From: an uncultured virus (IMG/VR IMGVR_UViG_2852309159_000005)
Lineage: Duplodnaviria > Heunggongvirae > Uroviricota > Caudoviricetes
DNA: 64,000 nucleotides
Strand: one strand, 5' to 3'
Virus record (IMG/VR): IMGVR_UViG_2852309159_000005
Coordinates: 1 to 64,000 of that record
Shown: in pieces, positions 21,196-32,490 of the stretch
Position numbering within the stretch: the first letter of the stretch is position 1
Layout of the letters: the number at the start of each line of letters is the position of its first letter
Translations under genes and position numbers: made by a program
The notes under the pieces: generated by a model
Database searches by the model: none
Told to the model about the DNA's origin: nothing
What the model saw: the letters and a program-made list of their open reading frames with translations, nothing else

Positions 21196-21657
21196 ATGAA
21201 ATACGGAAAACTCTATGCCGTCATTGCGATGGTAGGCATTATCGTGGGTAGTTATTGGGTGATTAACTGGCAAGCTAATAGGATTAATTCACTGACAGAT
21301 ATCAACAAAAAACTGGCCGTGGCTCTCGAAGAACAGAAGTCTATTAATACTGACTATCAAGCACGCATAATGCGATTAAATCAGTTGGATATTCAATATA
21401 CGCAGGAGCTAGCGAATGCTAAGAATGAAATTAGTCACTTGCGTGATATTAGTGAGCGTCATCCAGAGCGGGTGTACATCAAAGCCGAGTGCCCCAAAGT
21501 CAAAACCACTCCCTCCACCAGCTTGGCTTATGCAACCACCGCCCGACCTACTGACACCGCTATCCGAAATTATTGGTTACTCAGAGAGCGAATTGCAGAG
21601 TCAGAACAGATGATTAAAGGGTTGCAGGATTATATCAAACAAGAATGCATGGAATAA
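21196..21657 (+). CDS. Rz: i-spanin Rz
   Basis: N-terminal TM, coiled coil, GLQDYIKQEC. Confidence 0.9.
   Translation: MKYGKLYAVIAMVGIIVGSYWVINWQANRINSLTDINKKLAVALEEQKSINTDYQARIMRLNQLDIQYTQELANAKNEISHLRDISERHPERVYIKAECPKVKTTPSTSLAYATTARPTDTAIRNYWLLRERIAESEQMIKGLQDYIKQECME
21416..21613 (+). CDS. Rz1: o-spanin Rz1, embedded out of frame in Rz
   Basis: Signal peptide with SGC lipobox and Pro-rich tail. Confidence 0.85.
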   Translation: MLRMKLVTCVILVSVIQSGCTSKPSAPKSKPLPPPAWLMQPPPDLLTPLSEIIGYSESELQSQNR

Positions 21658-22005
21658 AAAAAAAGCCCAGCATGGGTGCATGGGCAAACTAACAGGATAT
21701 TAATCAAAGTATAGTGATAATTACTTAGTATAGCTTAAGTAAATATATATATCAGCAATTAGATAAGTCGTTTATCCATTAAGGAGAGTGATCATATCTT
21801 GACTGCTAGGAACAGACTAGAAGTGGCTTGGCAGTGTATCGCTAAGCTGCGAACTCTACGCATTTCATTCTGTGCATTCACCGCGCAATTAAAAACACTC
21901 ACAGAACCTTACAGAAAGTCGAACCTGAGAAAAACCGTTAATGGTGTTTTCTGTGGGGCGGTTATTTCTGGTGAACAGGTTCGCTTTTCTATAAGGATTT
22001 ACACC

Positions 22006-22590
22006 ATGAGCAAATCATTAGTTTTCAAAGGTAATGAAATTACTCCATTTGATAATGGTGATAATAAGATTTGGTTTACCAGCTCTCAGATGGCTAAGCT
22101 ACTCGAATACAAAAATGAGAAGTCAGTAACCAATCTATATAACGCCAACAAAGACGAGTTTTCTGATGATATGACAATGGTCACTGAAACAATGACCAAT
22201 GGAATAAACAACAACTTACGTAAGAAAAAGGTCAGGATCTTCTCTGTTAGAGGTGCACATCTAATCGGAATGTTAGCTAATACAGATGTAGCGAAATCCT
22301 TGCGTCGATGGTTACTTGATCTAGCTGAAAAAGAGTCAAAACCACAAACAGGGTTAGCAAACCTTGACATGAATGAGCTTAAACCCCTGACTATCAATGA
22401 GATGCAAAATAGATTAGTAGCAGCCGATAACTGGTCGTTCGAGAACTTTGGCAGGAAAGGTAGTGACTTAATGAATTTACGCAAGCGTCACCTAAAGAAA
22501 ATACGCAAAGCGAAGAAGGCAATTAAAGAACTATCACAATTAACCTTGCCTGATATGGGCGAATTTCCAGATGGAGAAGAGCCAGCATGA
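22006..22590 (+). CDS. Bro-N domain antirepressor-like protein
   Basis: IWFTSSQMAKLLEY...DEF...RIFSVRGAHLIGM. Confidence 0.8.
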   Translation: MSKSLVFKGNEITPFDNGDNKIWFTSSQMAKLLEYKNEKSVTNLYNANKDEFSDDMTMVTETMTNGINNNLRKKKVRIFSVRGAHLIGMLANTDVAKSLRRWLLDLAEKESKPQTGLANLDMNELKPLTINEMQNRLVAADNWSFENFGRKGSDLMNLRKRHLKKIRKAKKAIKELSQLTLPDMGEFPDGEEPA

Positions 22591-22793
22591 ACCACGAACA
22601 ATTCATAGAGCAGAACGTACTAGCCGAGTTAAAAAAGCTCGGCTTTTCTTTACCTGTTTGTCGTAGAGCAAGTTACATGGCGGTAGATCATTATCGCCGA
22701 AGCTCTCAAGCAAGTAGAAAAGGGCGAATGTTTGACGACTGCTTACATATTGCCAAAGTGTGGGCGAGTAAGTTCGCTAAGGAGAAAGTATGA
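22587..22793 (+). CDS. Hypothetical protein
   Basis: Coupled ORF. Confidence 0.55.
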   Translation: MNHEQFIEQNVLAELKKLGFSLPVCRRASYMAVDHYRRSSQASRKGRMFDDCLHIAKVWASKFAKEKV

Positions 22794-22975
22794 CCAAACA
22801 AGAAAAAGCAAACTTATCCATTCTCTATCGTCAATTACAGCAATCACTTGAATACTTACACTGTGGAAGAGTTGATGATGGGAGAATAGTTGCTGAAATC
22901 GTCGAGCGCGAGTTAGGCAAGTTAGTCAACAAACAGAAAACCAAATAGGCCCTAGCGGCCTTTTTTATTTAAGGA

Positions 22976-23584
22976 ATGGATATGGCTAAAAGACCAGATT
23001 GGGAGGCCATCGAGTCGGCTTACCGAGCTGGCGTGATGTCCATAAGGGAAATAGCCTCTCAATACGAGATAACCCATCAGGCGATAAGTAAGCGTGCCAA
23101 GAAAGAAGGATGGGAGCGAGATTTAAAGGCAAAGGTTAAGGCTAGGGCTGAAAACTTGGTTGCCAAAAGGGAGGTTGCCAGTCTGGTTGCCACCGAAAAG
23201 GCTATTTCAGAACGGCAACTTATTGAGGCTAATGCCGAGGTTATCGCTAATGTCCGCATGGAGCATAGAGGCGATATTCGAAGGGCTAGAGAGTTAACTA
23301 ATAACTTATTTGATGAACTATCTGCTGAATGTGCTGATGTGCCAGCCTTAAGAAAACTTGGCGAGTTAATGTTTAGTCCTGATGATAACGGACGCGACAA
23401 ACTCAATGAAATTTATCACTCAATCATCTCCCTGCCTGAGCGCGTTAAGTCAGCCAAAGCATTAAGCGAAACATTTAAAAATTTAGTTGGCCTTGAGCGT
23501 CAAGCATATGGCCTTGATGATGTTCAGCCGAATAAGACAGCTAGTCAGCTATCAGAACTAATGGACGACTTATCTAAGGAATAA
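22976..23584 (+). CDS. terS: Terminase small subunit
   Basis: PDWEAIESAYRAG...KRAKKEGW HTH; precedes terL. Confidence 0.85.
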   Translation: MDMAKRPDWEAIESAYRAGVMSIREIASQYEITHQAISKRAKKEGWERDLKAKVKARAENLVAKREVASLVATEKAISERQLIEANAEVIANVRMEHRGDIRRARELTNNLFDELSAECADVPALRKLGELMFSPDDNGRDKLNEIYHSIISLPERVKSAKALSETFKNLVGLERQAYGLDDVQPNKTASQLSELMDDLSKE

Positions 23585-23586
23585 TC

Positions 23587-25071
23587 ATGAAGCCAGAACA
23601 TCTTGCATTATTGAGAGATAAGCTCTGGCGATTAAATCACCTCTACTGGATAACCAATAAAGAAGGCAAGCCAGTTCGATTTAAAATGACGCCTGAGCAA
23701 CTCGAATATTTTGAAGGGATGCACACGCGAAACATTATCCTTAAAGCCCGTCAGCTTGGCTTCACTACTGAGGTCTGCATTATCCAGCTAGACGCAGCGT
23801 TATTTGAGGCGGCTAAATGTGCATTGATAGCCCACACACTTAACGATGCTAAGCGGCTATTTAGGGAAAAGATAAAGTATGCCTATGACAAGCTACCCGA
23901 TGAAATCAAAGCGGCTAACCCAGCGAGTAATGATGCGGCTGGTGAGTTGGTGTTTAGCAAAGGCGGCTCGCTTTATATCAGCACGTCATTTCGTGGCGGT
24001 ACACTCCGTTATTTGCACGTTTCTGAGTTCGGTAAGATATGTGCTAAGTATCCAGAGAAAGCCCGTGAGATTGTCACTGGCGCATTTGAGGCGGTATCAA
24101 GCGATTGTTTTACGACGATTGAAAGCACAGCGGAGGGTCGAGCAGGTTATTTCTTCGATTATTGCCAGTCTGCTGAGAAAGCGCAAATTCAGAATAAGAC
24201 TCTCTCTAACCTAGACTGGAAGTTCTTTTTCTTCTCATGGTGGAAGAATCCAGAGTATGCCATTAACCCTGTTGAGCCATTACCCCAGCGGTTAGTTGAT
24301 TACTTTGATGAGATAGCCAGCAAACATGGTGTTCAATTAAACGAGCGCCAGAAAGCATGGTATTACGCCAAAGAGAAAACGCTTGGCGACGATATGAAAC
24401 GGGAATACCCGTCAATACCGTCTGAGGCATTCCAACAATCGGTTGAAGGCGCTTACTACGCTAAGCAATTCCGCTACCTGTACGAAAATAAACGCATTGG
24501 CACACTTCCTGATAACTCACACTTACCGGTTCACACGTACTGGGATATTGGCGTCGGTGATTCAACATCAATTTGGTTTATCCGTGAAGTGGGCGAAGAG
24601 TTCCATGTCATTGATCACTACTCAAACAGTGGTGAAGGTCTACGGCACTACATGAAAGTGTTAAAAGACAAAGGCTACACATATGCAAGTCACAATGGCC
24701 CTCATGATATCGATAACCGTGAGTTTGGTTCTGATGCGAAATCACGACGTGAATTAGCGCGTGAGGGGTACGAAATCGACGGACAAATTTACTCAATCCG
24801 ATTTGAAGTAGTGCCGAAGCTTTCAGTTGATGAAGGTATCGAGGCAGTACGTGAAATTCTGCCACTTTGCGTGTTTGATGAGCATAAATGTAGTGAAGGC
24901 ATTGCTCATCTAGAAGCTTATCGTAAAGAGTGGGATGACAAGCGAGGCTGTTGGAAAGATAAACCGCTTCACGATTACACGTCACATGATGCTGATGGAT
25001 TTAGATATTTTGCAGTGAGTCGAAGAAATACTAAACGGTTGACTAAGAAAATAGAATTTAACTGGAACTAA
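23587..25071 (+). CDS. terL: Terminase large subunit
   Basis: ILKARQLGFTT, HVSE, ESTA; nuclease WDIG...SHDADGFRY. Confidence 0.93.
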   Translation: MKPEHLALLRDKLWRLNHLYWITNKEGKPVRFKMTPEQLEYFEGMHTRNIILKARQLGFTTEVCIIQLDAALFEAAKCALIAHTLNDAKRLFREKIKYAYDKLPDEIKAANPASNDAAGELVFSKGGSLYISTSFRGGTLRYLHVSEFGKICAKYPEKAREIVTGAFEAVSSDCFTTIESTAEGRAGYFFDYCQSAEKAQIQNKTLSNLDWKFFFFSWWKNPEYAINPVEPLPQRLVDYFDEIASKHGVQLNERQKAWYYAKEKTLGDDMKREYPSIPSEAFQQSVEGAYYAKQFRYLYENKRIGTLPDNSHLPVHTYWDIGVGDSTSIWFIREVGEEFHVIDHYSNSGEGLRHYMKVLKDKGYTYASHNGPHDIDNREFGSDAKSRRELAREGYEIDGQIYSIRFEVVPKLSVDEGIEAVREILPLCVFDEHKCSEGIAHLEAYRKEWDDKRGCWKDKPLHDYTSHDADGFRYFAVSRRNTKRLTKKIEFNWN

Positions 25072-25072
25072 C

Positions 25073-26450
25073 ATGAATACAAACGTTGATTACAAGCATC
25101 CAGCTTACAATGAGTTTTTGCCTGAATGGGACATGGTTGGCGATTGTGTTGATGGCGAACGAGTTGTTAAAAGCAAGAAAGAGAAATACCTCCCTCATCC
25201 GGCAGATAACAAAGATGAAGATGATAAGGGTAATGAGCGTTATAAGCGCTATTTAGCTAGAGCATCCTTTCTGAATGCCACGGGTAGGACACTTAGTGGT
25301 TTACTTGGTATTGCTTTCAGTAAGCCAGTAAAGATTAGTATTAGTGGTGATGTTGAGTATTTAGAAACTGATATTGACGGTCAAGGTCAGCCACTTACTC
25401 AAATGATAAGGGATGCGTTATCGCAAAACTTACAGCGTGGTCGAGCAGGTTTATTAAGTGATTTTAGTGGTTCAGGTATTCAGTCAGAGGCTAATAAAGG
25501 TCGCTCCTATATTCGGTTGTTTACAGCAAAAGAAATTATCAATTGGCGTGTAACGAACGGGAAAACATCCCTCGTTGTCCTCAAATATCAGGAGCCAGTA
25601 GATACAGATGATTTTGAACTGCAAATGCAGAATAACTGGATTGAATTAAGGCTTGTTAACAATGTAGCTTGCTCTCGTCGCTGGTATGAAGATGGAGATA
25701 TAAAAGTTACAGAGTGGGTTGTATTAAAGGATGCACACGGCATTCCATTAAGGGAGTTGCCGTGGTCATGGATTGGTTCAATGAACAATGATCACACCCC
25801 TGATGCTCCTCCTCTTGCAGATATTGCGTACTTAAATATCAAACATTATCAAGTTGAGGCTGATATCGCAGAGTCTGCACATACTGTCGGTCAGCCGATG
25901 ATTGCACTAACTGGCCTTACTGATGATTGGGTTGAAAGACACGTGTCTGAAGGGTTTTACTGTTGGTTCACGCAAAGGGGTGTTGCTGCCACAGGGTGGT
26001 GATATGAAATTTGCGCAGCCAGAAGACAGAAACATTCAAATAAACCTAGCTGAGCGCAGAGAAAAGCAGATGGCAATGCTAGGAGCTAAGCTAGTTGAAC
26101 GCGGGACATCAGCAAGAACAGCGACTCAGGCACAGGATGAGGCTCAAACAGATAATTCAGTGCTTTCGTTGTGTTCAGGAAACGTCGAAAAGGCCGTTAA
26201 CCGAGCACTTAATTTCTGCATTCAGTTTGAGGGGAGTGGTGAGGCAACTATTGAGATAAACAAAGTTTACGATATTGCTCAACTGGATTCGCAAGCAATC
26301 ACAGCTCTCCTTGCTTCTCTCCAATCTGGGGCTATGCGATTGATTGATTTTGTTAAGTACCTGCAAAGTATCAATATCATCCCTCAAGATGAGAAAGCTG
26401 AGGATGTTATCGAAGAGATAGAATTATCGCGAGCTAACTCAATGATGTAG
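25073..26450 (+). CDS. Portal protein, DUF4055-like (frameshift near 25955)
   Basis: RYKRYLARASFLNATGRTL; position after terL; two overlapping ORFs. Confidence 0.85.
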
Positions 26451-26452
26451 AG

Positions 26453-27523
26453 GTGAATATGCAATCGCAGTTGATGTTAGATAATTCAATGATGATCCAA
26501 ATTCTCCTAGAACGACTCAAAGCTGGCATTGTTGATAGAGAGGAAATGCAAAGAGAGCTAAGGGCGGCTGTTACTAAGGCGTTAGCTAATTTCTCAGGTC
26601 AGATAACATCGAGGTCAAAACTAAACGCCATAATTGCTGAGTTAAAGCGAGAGCTATCACCAGTTCTGACCAGTTACTCTGAGCATTTACTGCAATCTGT
26701 TCTCGATATCGGTGTTGAGTCAAGCCAACTTGAAGTTGATAGCTTATCGCAGATAGTAACAAATGAAGTAAGCAAGCCTGATGCTGAGAAAGTTAAAAAA
26801 GCCATTTTAAATGTGCCGCTGATATTAACCGCTTGGGGCGGCTCTTTATTTCTCAAGAAATTTATATCATCTTGGGTGACTAGCTCTATCCAGCAAGTAG
26901 AGAATCAGACTGTTTTGGCTATGGCTGCTCAAAGTAACATTCAAGTTCTACAGTCCACTATTAATGGGGCTGCAATTGATAAAACACAGGTCTCTACATC
27001 GACGATATCTCGAATTACTTACAACTACAGAACAATTGCAAATACGGCAATTCAGCATGCTCATACATGTGCGGCTCAGGAATTTTATAAGGAGAATGAC
27101 GATTTAATTAAAGAGGAAGAATTCAGCGCAATACTGGACAACAAAACATCATCGACGTGTAGGGCTTTATCAGGAAACCGATATCCTGTTGGGGCTGGCC
27201 CAATGCCACCATTACACCCAAACTGCCGAAGTCAGCGATTGCCAATACTTAATGATAAATTTGCTAATTTGATAATAACTAAACCAATAGGAAGATCTGA
27301 ATGGGGAGAAGAAAGCTATTATGAATGGCTATCTAGGCAACCGGCCAAAAGACAGGATTTAATATTGGGTCCGACTAGAGGGAAGTTGTTTCGTGATGGT
27401 GGTTTATCTCCAGAGCGATTCGCACAGTTGCAGTTACATAAAAACTTTAAACCAATGACACTTAAAGATATGCAAAAGTTTGCGCCTAAAGCGTTTGAGC
27501 GAGCAGGAATTGAATTGAAATAA
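26453..27523 (+). CDS. Head morphogenesis protein (SPP1 gp7/Mu F)
   Basis: LDNKTSSTCRAL...PPLHPNCRS. Confidence 0.88.
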   Translation: MNMQSQLMLDNSMMIQILLERLKAGIVDREEMQRELRAAVTKALANFSGQITSRSKLNAIIAELKRELSPVLTSYSEHLLQSVLDIGVESSQLEVDSLSQIVTNEVSKPDAEKVKKAILNVPLILTAWGGSLFLKKFISSWVTSSIQQVENQTVLAMAAQSNIQVLQSTINGAAIDKTQVSTSTISRITYNYRTIANTAIQHAHTCAAQEFYKENDDLIKEEEFSAILDNKTSSTCRALSGNRYPVGAGPMPPLHPNCRSQRLPILNDKFANLIITKPIGRSEWGEESYYEWLSRQPAKRQDLILGPTRGKLFRDGGLSPERFAQLQLHKNFKPMTLKDMQKFAPKAFERAGIELK

Positions 27524-27597
27524 CACAAACCCACCACTGAGTGGGTTTTTTATTATCCGCAGTTAGAGACTGCACCATCTAAACCAGAGGTTTTACG

Positions 27598-28284
27598 ATG
27601 TTTAAATATTTATTAACGAAAGAAGAATTTGACGCATTAACTGATGAGCAAAAGGCTCTTTACAAAGAGTCTGGTGGTAATTACCAACTTCAAATCGAAG
27701 GTATGCCAGAAATTCCAGATGTGTCAGGTCTTCAAAAGAAAGTTGATGAATTACTTTCTGAGAAAAAATCAGAGCAGGAGAAACGCCGGCAAGCTGAAGA
27801 GGCTGCAAAAAAAGCAGCAGAAGATCAAGCGCGTAAAAATGGCGATATCGAATCACTAGAAAAAAGCTGGGCTGAAAAGTTAAAGACGCGTGAAAACGAG
27901 TTATTAGCACAGCTGCAGGAGAAAGACGCGAGTCTACATACGCTATTAGTTGATAACGTTGCTCAAACTGTGGCTACAAAGCTTGCTGGTGACGCTGCTC
28001 CGTTAATCATGCCACACATTAAATCTCGATTATCAGTAGAAGATGGTAAAACGCGAGTGGTTGATGCTAACGGTCATCCTTCTGCATTTACCATTGATGA
28101 TTTAGAAAAAGAATTTCGTAGTAACCCGTTATTTGCTCCAGTAATTATTGGTAGTAAAGCCACCGGAACCGGAGGGGAAGGCGGTAAAGGGAAATCACCA
28201 GCCGGAGGCAGTGAAAAACCCAAAAGCGCGAATCCGTTAGTGGACAGCGCACGTGAAATCATTGCTAATATCCAAGAGGATTAA
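27598..28284 (+). CDS. Capsid scaffolding protein
   Basis: Coiled coil, Gly-rich C-terminus, precedes the capsid gene. Confidence 0.75.
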   Translation: MFKYLLTKEEFDALTDEQKALYKESGGNYQLQIEGMPEIPDVSGLQKKVDELLSEKKSEQEKRRQAEEAAKKAAEDQARKNGDIESLEKSWAEKLKTRENELLAQLQEKDASLHTLLVDNVAQTVATKLAGDAAPLIMPHIKSRLSVEDGKTRVVDANGHPSAFTIDDLEKEFRSNPLFAPVIIGSKATGTGGEGGKGKSPAGGSEKPKSANPLVDSAREIIANIQED

Positions 28285-28289
28285 TTTAT

Positions 28290-29240
28290 ATGTCTTTATA
28301 TATTTTTCAAAAACAAGTGTCTCTAGCGGCAACAGAGTTGGTTGCTCAGGCTGTCCGTCAATTTAACGAAGCATCTGGTGGTGCTTTAGTTATTGGCGAT
28401 GGTGATCATATCGGTGATTACATTGAGCAAACATCATGGCAGTTGCTTGGTGGTCTGGCTCAGCGACGCAATGCATATGGTTCAGGTAATCTAACGCCAC
28501 AAGAATTGGGGCAAATCCTTGACCGTATGATTAAGATTGATGGTCGTATTGGCCCTGTCTCAGTTACCCCGACAATGATGAAGCGACTAGGTAAGGACGT
28601 ATCAGAAGCGGCTGCGGTAGTTGCTGCTCAATCAGCAGAAGCCATGTTACAAGATTACCTGAATACTACTGGCGCGGCATTAAAAGCAGCTATTTCTGGT
28701 AATAAAACAGCCGTTACTGTTGGAGGTGAAACACCATCATTAAGAGGTTTAAATAAAGCAACACGTCCATTCGGTGATGCATATTCGCGTATTGTTGCTT
28801 GGTTGATGGATGGTGCAACATTCAACGACTTTATGGATGAGACATTAACCAACGCAAATAACCTATTCCAAATTGGCAACGTCGCCATTAAACAAGATAA
28901 CCTTGGCCGTCGTTTTGTTATCTCTGATATTCCAGCTTTATCAGATGCAGACAAACAACATTCGCTAGGTTTAGTGACTGGTGCTGCTGCGGTTCAAACA
29001 TCACCACTAATCATGAAGGCTCAGGATGTATTAGGGCAAGAAAATATTAAGGCACTAATGCAAGGTGAGTACGACTTTACTATTGGTTTGCGTGGTTACC
29101 AGTGGAGCAAAGATAGCATCAAATCCCCAACTAACGAACAGATTGCCGCGGTAGCTAACTGGAAGCAAATTGCTACGGATATTAAAGATACTGCTGGTGT
29201 TATGGTTTCATTTGGCAAAGATACTAGCGTTGGTGGGTAA
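28290..29240 (+). CDS. Major capsid protein
   Basis: 316 aa, QFNEASGGA, position. Confidence 0.82.
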   Translation: MSLYIFQKQVSLAATELVAQAVRQFNEASGGALVIGDGDHIGDYIEQTSWQLLGGLAQRRNAYGSGNLTPQELGQILDRMIKIDGRIGPVSVTPTMMKRLGKDVSEAAAVVAAQSAEAMLQDYLNTTGAALKAAISGNKTAVTVGGETPSLRGLNKATRPFGDAYSRIVAWLMDGATFNDFMDETLTNANNLFQIGNVAIKQDNLGRRFVISDIPALSDADKQHSLGLVTGAAAVQTSPLIMKAQDVLGQENIKALMQGEYDFTIGLRGYQWSKDSIKSPTNEQIAAVANWKQIATDIKDTAGVMVSFGKDTSVGG

Positions 29241-29276
29241 CGTGAGGGGCCGCCGCCCCTTATTTATCCATGAGGA

Positions 29277-29660
29277 GTGAGCATGTCTATTGCGATTACG
29301 GTTGAGCAAGTTAATGAGCAATTAGAGGTGATGGGGTTTGAGGCAACAAGTCTTGTCATAAACTCTGCTATATCTATAGTGGACACTATTGATACTTGCC
29401 TTGATAGCGCAGGGTATTCAGATGCGGTAATTGCTTTAATTAAACTGTATTCGGTTATCCTTATATTATCATCTGCTGATGTTCGTAAAATCGCGTCAGA
29501 GCACGCACCTTCTGGCGCTTCTGTTTCATATCAGTATTTTTCTGATGGCAGAAAAACGTTGCTAAAAATGCTGTCTTCCCTAGATACCAATGGATGTACT
29601 AATAGCCTTCCTATTGAACGCCCCGTAGGTGTCATTCAGTTTGATGTAGTTCGGGGGTGA
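29277..29660 (+). CDS. Head-tail adaptor
   Basis: SEHAPSGASVSY; position. Confidence 0.65.
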   Translation: MSMSIAITVEQVNEQLEVMGFEATSLVINSAISIVDTIDTCLDSAGYSDAVIALIKLYSVILILSSADVRKIASEHAPSGASVSYQYFSDGRKTLLKMLSSLDTNGCTNSLPIERPVGVIQFDVVRG

Positions 29661-29661
29661 T

Positions 29662-30003
29662 ATGGGGAAAATCCTGCGACGATTTTGCAAAGGGTGGGCA
29701 ACCATCTGGAAAGTTGAGGGGAAAGATAAATACGGGAAGCCTATATTTTCAGAGCCAATCCATATCCGGTGTGATTACGGAAGTAGCTTTAAAGATGGTA
29801 GTAAAACTATTGGTACTGAAATAATTATTAAGAATGTCATTTGGACTGAGTATAGCGAAGCTTCTCAAGAAGACTATATCGCCATCGGTAAGTATGAAGA
29901 CAGAGAGCCATTTTTGCATGGTGCTAGTAGGATTAAGTCTATCGATAGAGACCGTGATATTAATGGCGGTCTAGATGATTACACACTAACAACGGCGGTG
30001 TAA
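29662..30003 (+). CDS. Head closure protein
   Basis: Position and size. Confidence 0.6.
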   Translation: MGKILRRFCKGWATIWKVEGKDKYGKPIFSEPIHIRCDYGSSFKDGSKTIGTEIIIKNVIWTEYSEASQEDYIAIGKYEDREPFLHGASRIKSIDRDRDINGGLDDYTLTTAV

Positions 30004-30005
30004 CT

Positions 30006-30374
30006 ATGGGGGCAAAAGTAAAAGGAATAAGTAATGCGATATCTAACTTAAACTCTCTGGTTGGAAGCATAGCATCAAAGAAGATAGCTCGAGCCATGCA
30101 TAGAGCGCTAGATATTGGTGGCAGGCAAGCTGCTGTATACACGCCAATTGACACTAAAACGCTCATTAATTCACAATTTAGAGATGTAAAAGTAAAAGGT
30201 GCTCTATTTACTGGTCGCGTTGGTTATTCTGCTTCATATGCTGTTTTTGTTCATGATCCTAATGTTAAACAAACTTTCCGCAGACCTACTGCTAAGAAAG
30301 AATTCCTCCTGAAGGGGTTTAAGGAAACGAAGCAAATGATTGATCAGGCTGTTGCTGAGGAACTTAAAATATGA
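30006..30374 (+). CDS. HK97 gp10-like neck protein
   Basis: TPIDTKTLINS...YAVFVHD...EFLLKG. Confidence 0.75.
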   Translation: MGAKVKGISNAISNLNSLVGSIASKKIARAMHRALDIGGRQAAVYTPIDTKTLINSQFRDVKVKGALFTGRVGYSASYAVFVHDPNVKQTFRRPTAKKEFLLKGFKETKQMIDQAVAEELKI

Positions 30375-30742
30375 CGACCTTTGAGAGACTGAAAAACTAT
30401 TTTTCTGAATCAGGGTTATCTGATGGTTTCATTCAGCAGGATTATATTTGGAATGAAAAAGAAGGTAATGATTCAGATTCATATATCGTATTTCAGCAAC
30501 TAAATGGAACTGGTCGTATTGATGATTTAAGTGGCGATGATTTCTTCACCGTTTCACTCATATCTGGCAAGGCGTGGATTGATTTTATTGTTCAGAGAGC
30601 TAACGAAATACTAGAGTATGTAAGGTGTCACTCTAGAAGTCATAACATTGGTTTTATTATCAATACATCTGGTTTTGTTAATCCAATTCAAACGACAGAA
30701 GGTAGGTTTATTATCCCGCTTTCTTTCCGCTGTACATCTTAA
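30371..30742 (+). CDS. Tail terminator protein
   Basis: Position before the tube gene. Confidence 0.65.
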   Translation: MTTFERLKNYFSESGLSDGFIQQDYIWNEKEGNDSDSYIVFQQLNGTGRIDDLSGDDFFTVSLISGKAWIDFIVQRANEILEYVRCHSRSHNIGFIINTSGFVNPIQTTEGRFIIPLSFRCTS

Positions 30743-30806
30743 ATTAAACACATCTCAACAGGTCGCTTATGCGGCCTTTTTTATTTGCAAATAAAGAGGT
30801 TATAAC

Positions 30807-31562
30807 ATGGCACAATGCCCTGATGATAAAGGCCTAGTGATGGGTAACGCAGGTATTCTGCGCATTGCAAAAGGCTGCCCTGACCAAGTACCAGCACAAG
30901 ATCAATTCTTGCGCTTAGGTGCGCTAACAAGCAAGTCATTCGATTTCGGTATGGAGACAGTGACATCTAATGCTGATGACACCAAAGGCTTAACTGAGTC
31001 AATTGTTACTGGTGCTGACTTCACCATTAGTTTTGATGGTGAATTAAAGAAAGCTGGTGTAACCGGTTCTACTTCCGCGTTTGATATTGCCAAAGAAATC
31101 CTTGATGAAATCAAAGCAAGTCGCCAACCGTCATATTGGGTTCAACTTGATATGAAAGGCGATGGCTCTGATGTTGTTCAGGGTTATATGGCTTTCACAT
31201 CTTGGTCAATGGAGTTTCCAACAAAAGAAATTTCTACCTATTCAGGTGAGCTAAAAGTTGCTGATGCAGAAACGGTTGAGTGGCTACAAGAAGAAATCGT
31301 TGTTCAAAGTATTGCCGTCGAGCCAGCCACTCTGTCTGTAAAAGTGGGTGAAACTAAGACATTTACCGTCAAATTTACCCCAACCGATGCGACGAACAAA
31401 AACTACACCGCTGTGAGCGATAAGCCGAACTTTGCAACAGTTACTCAGCTTGTGAATGTAGTCACCGTGCGTGGTGTTGCTGAAGGTACTGCAAATATCA
31501 CTGTCACATCTGAAGATGGTAGTAAAACAGCAAAATGCGTGGTCACTGTTACCGCTGCTTAA
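30807..31562 (+). CDS. Major tail tube protein with C-terminal Ig-like (Big_2) domain
   Basis: VKVGETKTF...PTDATNK...GTANITVT...CVVTV. Confidence 0.88.
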   Translation: MAQCPDDKGLVMGNAGILRIAKGCPDQVPAQDQFLRLGALTSKSFDFGMETVTSNADDTKGLTESIVTGADFTISFDGELKKAGVTGSTSAFDIAKEILDEIKASRQPSYWVQLDMKGDGSDVVQGYMAFTSWSMEFPTKEISTYSGELKVADAETVEWLQEEIVVQSIAVEPATLSVKVGETKTFTVKFTPTDATNKNYTAVSDKPNFATVTQLVNVVTVRGVAEGTANITVTSEDGSKTAKCVVTVTAA

Positions 31563-31611
31563 TATTACAAAGGGTGCTTTCGAGTGCCCTTGATAATATT
31601 CAGGAGGGATT

Positions 31612-32305
31612 ATGACACCTATTTTAGAAATCGGGGGAGATGGTTATCTCTACTGATAAAAAGGATTACTTATTTAGACCATCGTTCATCAATATGACAA
31701 GAATCGGTGAGCCTAAACAGATTGTGAAAGCCTACGGTCAATTAAATGGCGCTGAGGTGCAAGAGTTAATTGCACGCGCCGTAATGAGCTACAGGGTTAT
31801 TCCTGAGTGGTTAATAAAAGCCATTAGCAAGCCAACATATGGGCGTAATATCCTACAAACTGCAATGATGGTTATGCAGGCGTGCTGTGATGATGATTGT
31901 TCAGAAATTATTGGTGAATGGAGATCGGGTAAGCGAGGTATTGTCTATAAAAACGGCAAGATGCCAATCGCTGACATTATCGTCATTGCTCGAGAATTAT
32001 TCACTCACGGAATTATCGGTAAAGCGAAGATCCGCAAACTTCAACGCAATGAGGGCAAAAACGAATTCTCAGATGAGTTTATGGCAATTGACTACATTAG
32101 CTCAGCTCGTGCTCACTTTGGTATGAATCGAGAGGAAGCCGAACAGTTAACCATGACTGAATTTCAGATGATGCTCAAAGCTAAATACCCTGATGAGAAA
32201 GGCTTCACTAAAGAAGAATATGACAACATCATGAAGCAAGATGATAGGCGTAATAATGAGTTAATCAGTGGTAAGCGCAGATTGGTGAGCAGAAAGAGAA
32301 AGTAA
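31612..32305 (+). CDS. Tail assembly chaperone, DUF6246-like (indel in the G-run near 31633)
   Basis: Follows the tube gene; ARAHFGM...LTMTEFQ. Confidence 0.7.
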
Positions 32306-32490
32306 ACAAGGGCATCCGTGCCCTTTGCTACTCTAAAGATTAATATAATGAGCTAACCTCATAATGCTATAGGTATAGTTTTTTATTTTAAAGTGTGAGT
32401 TTATGTCAAAAATGACAAGTTTCTCTTTTAAGATGAGCTTTACGTGATACAATGTTTGCAAATTAATTATGAAGGTTTTTAAGGTAAAAA

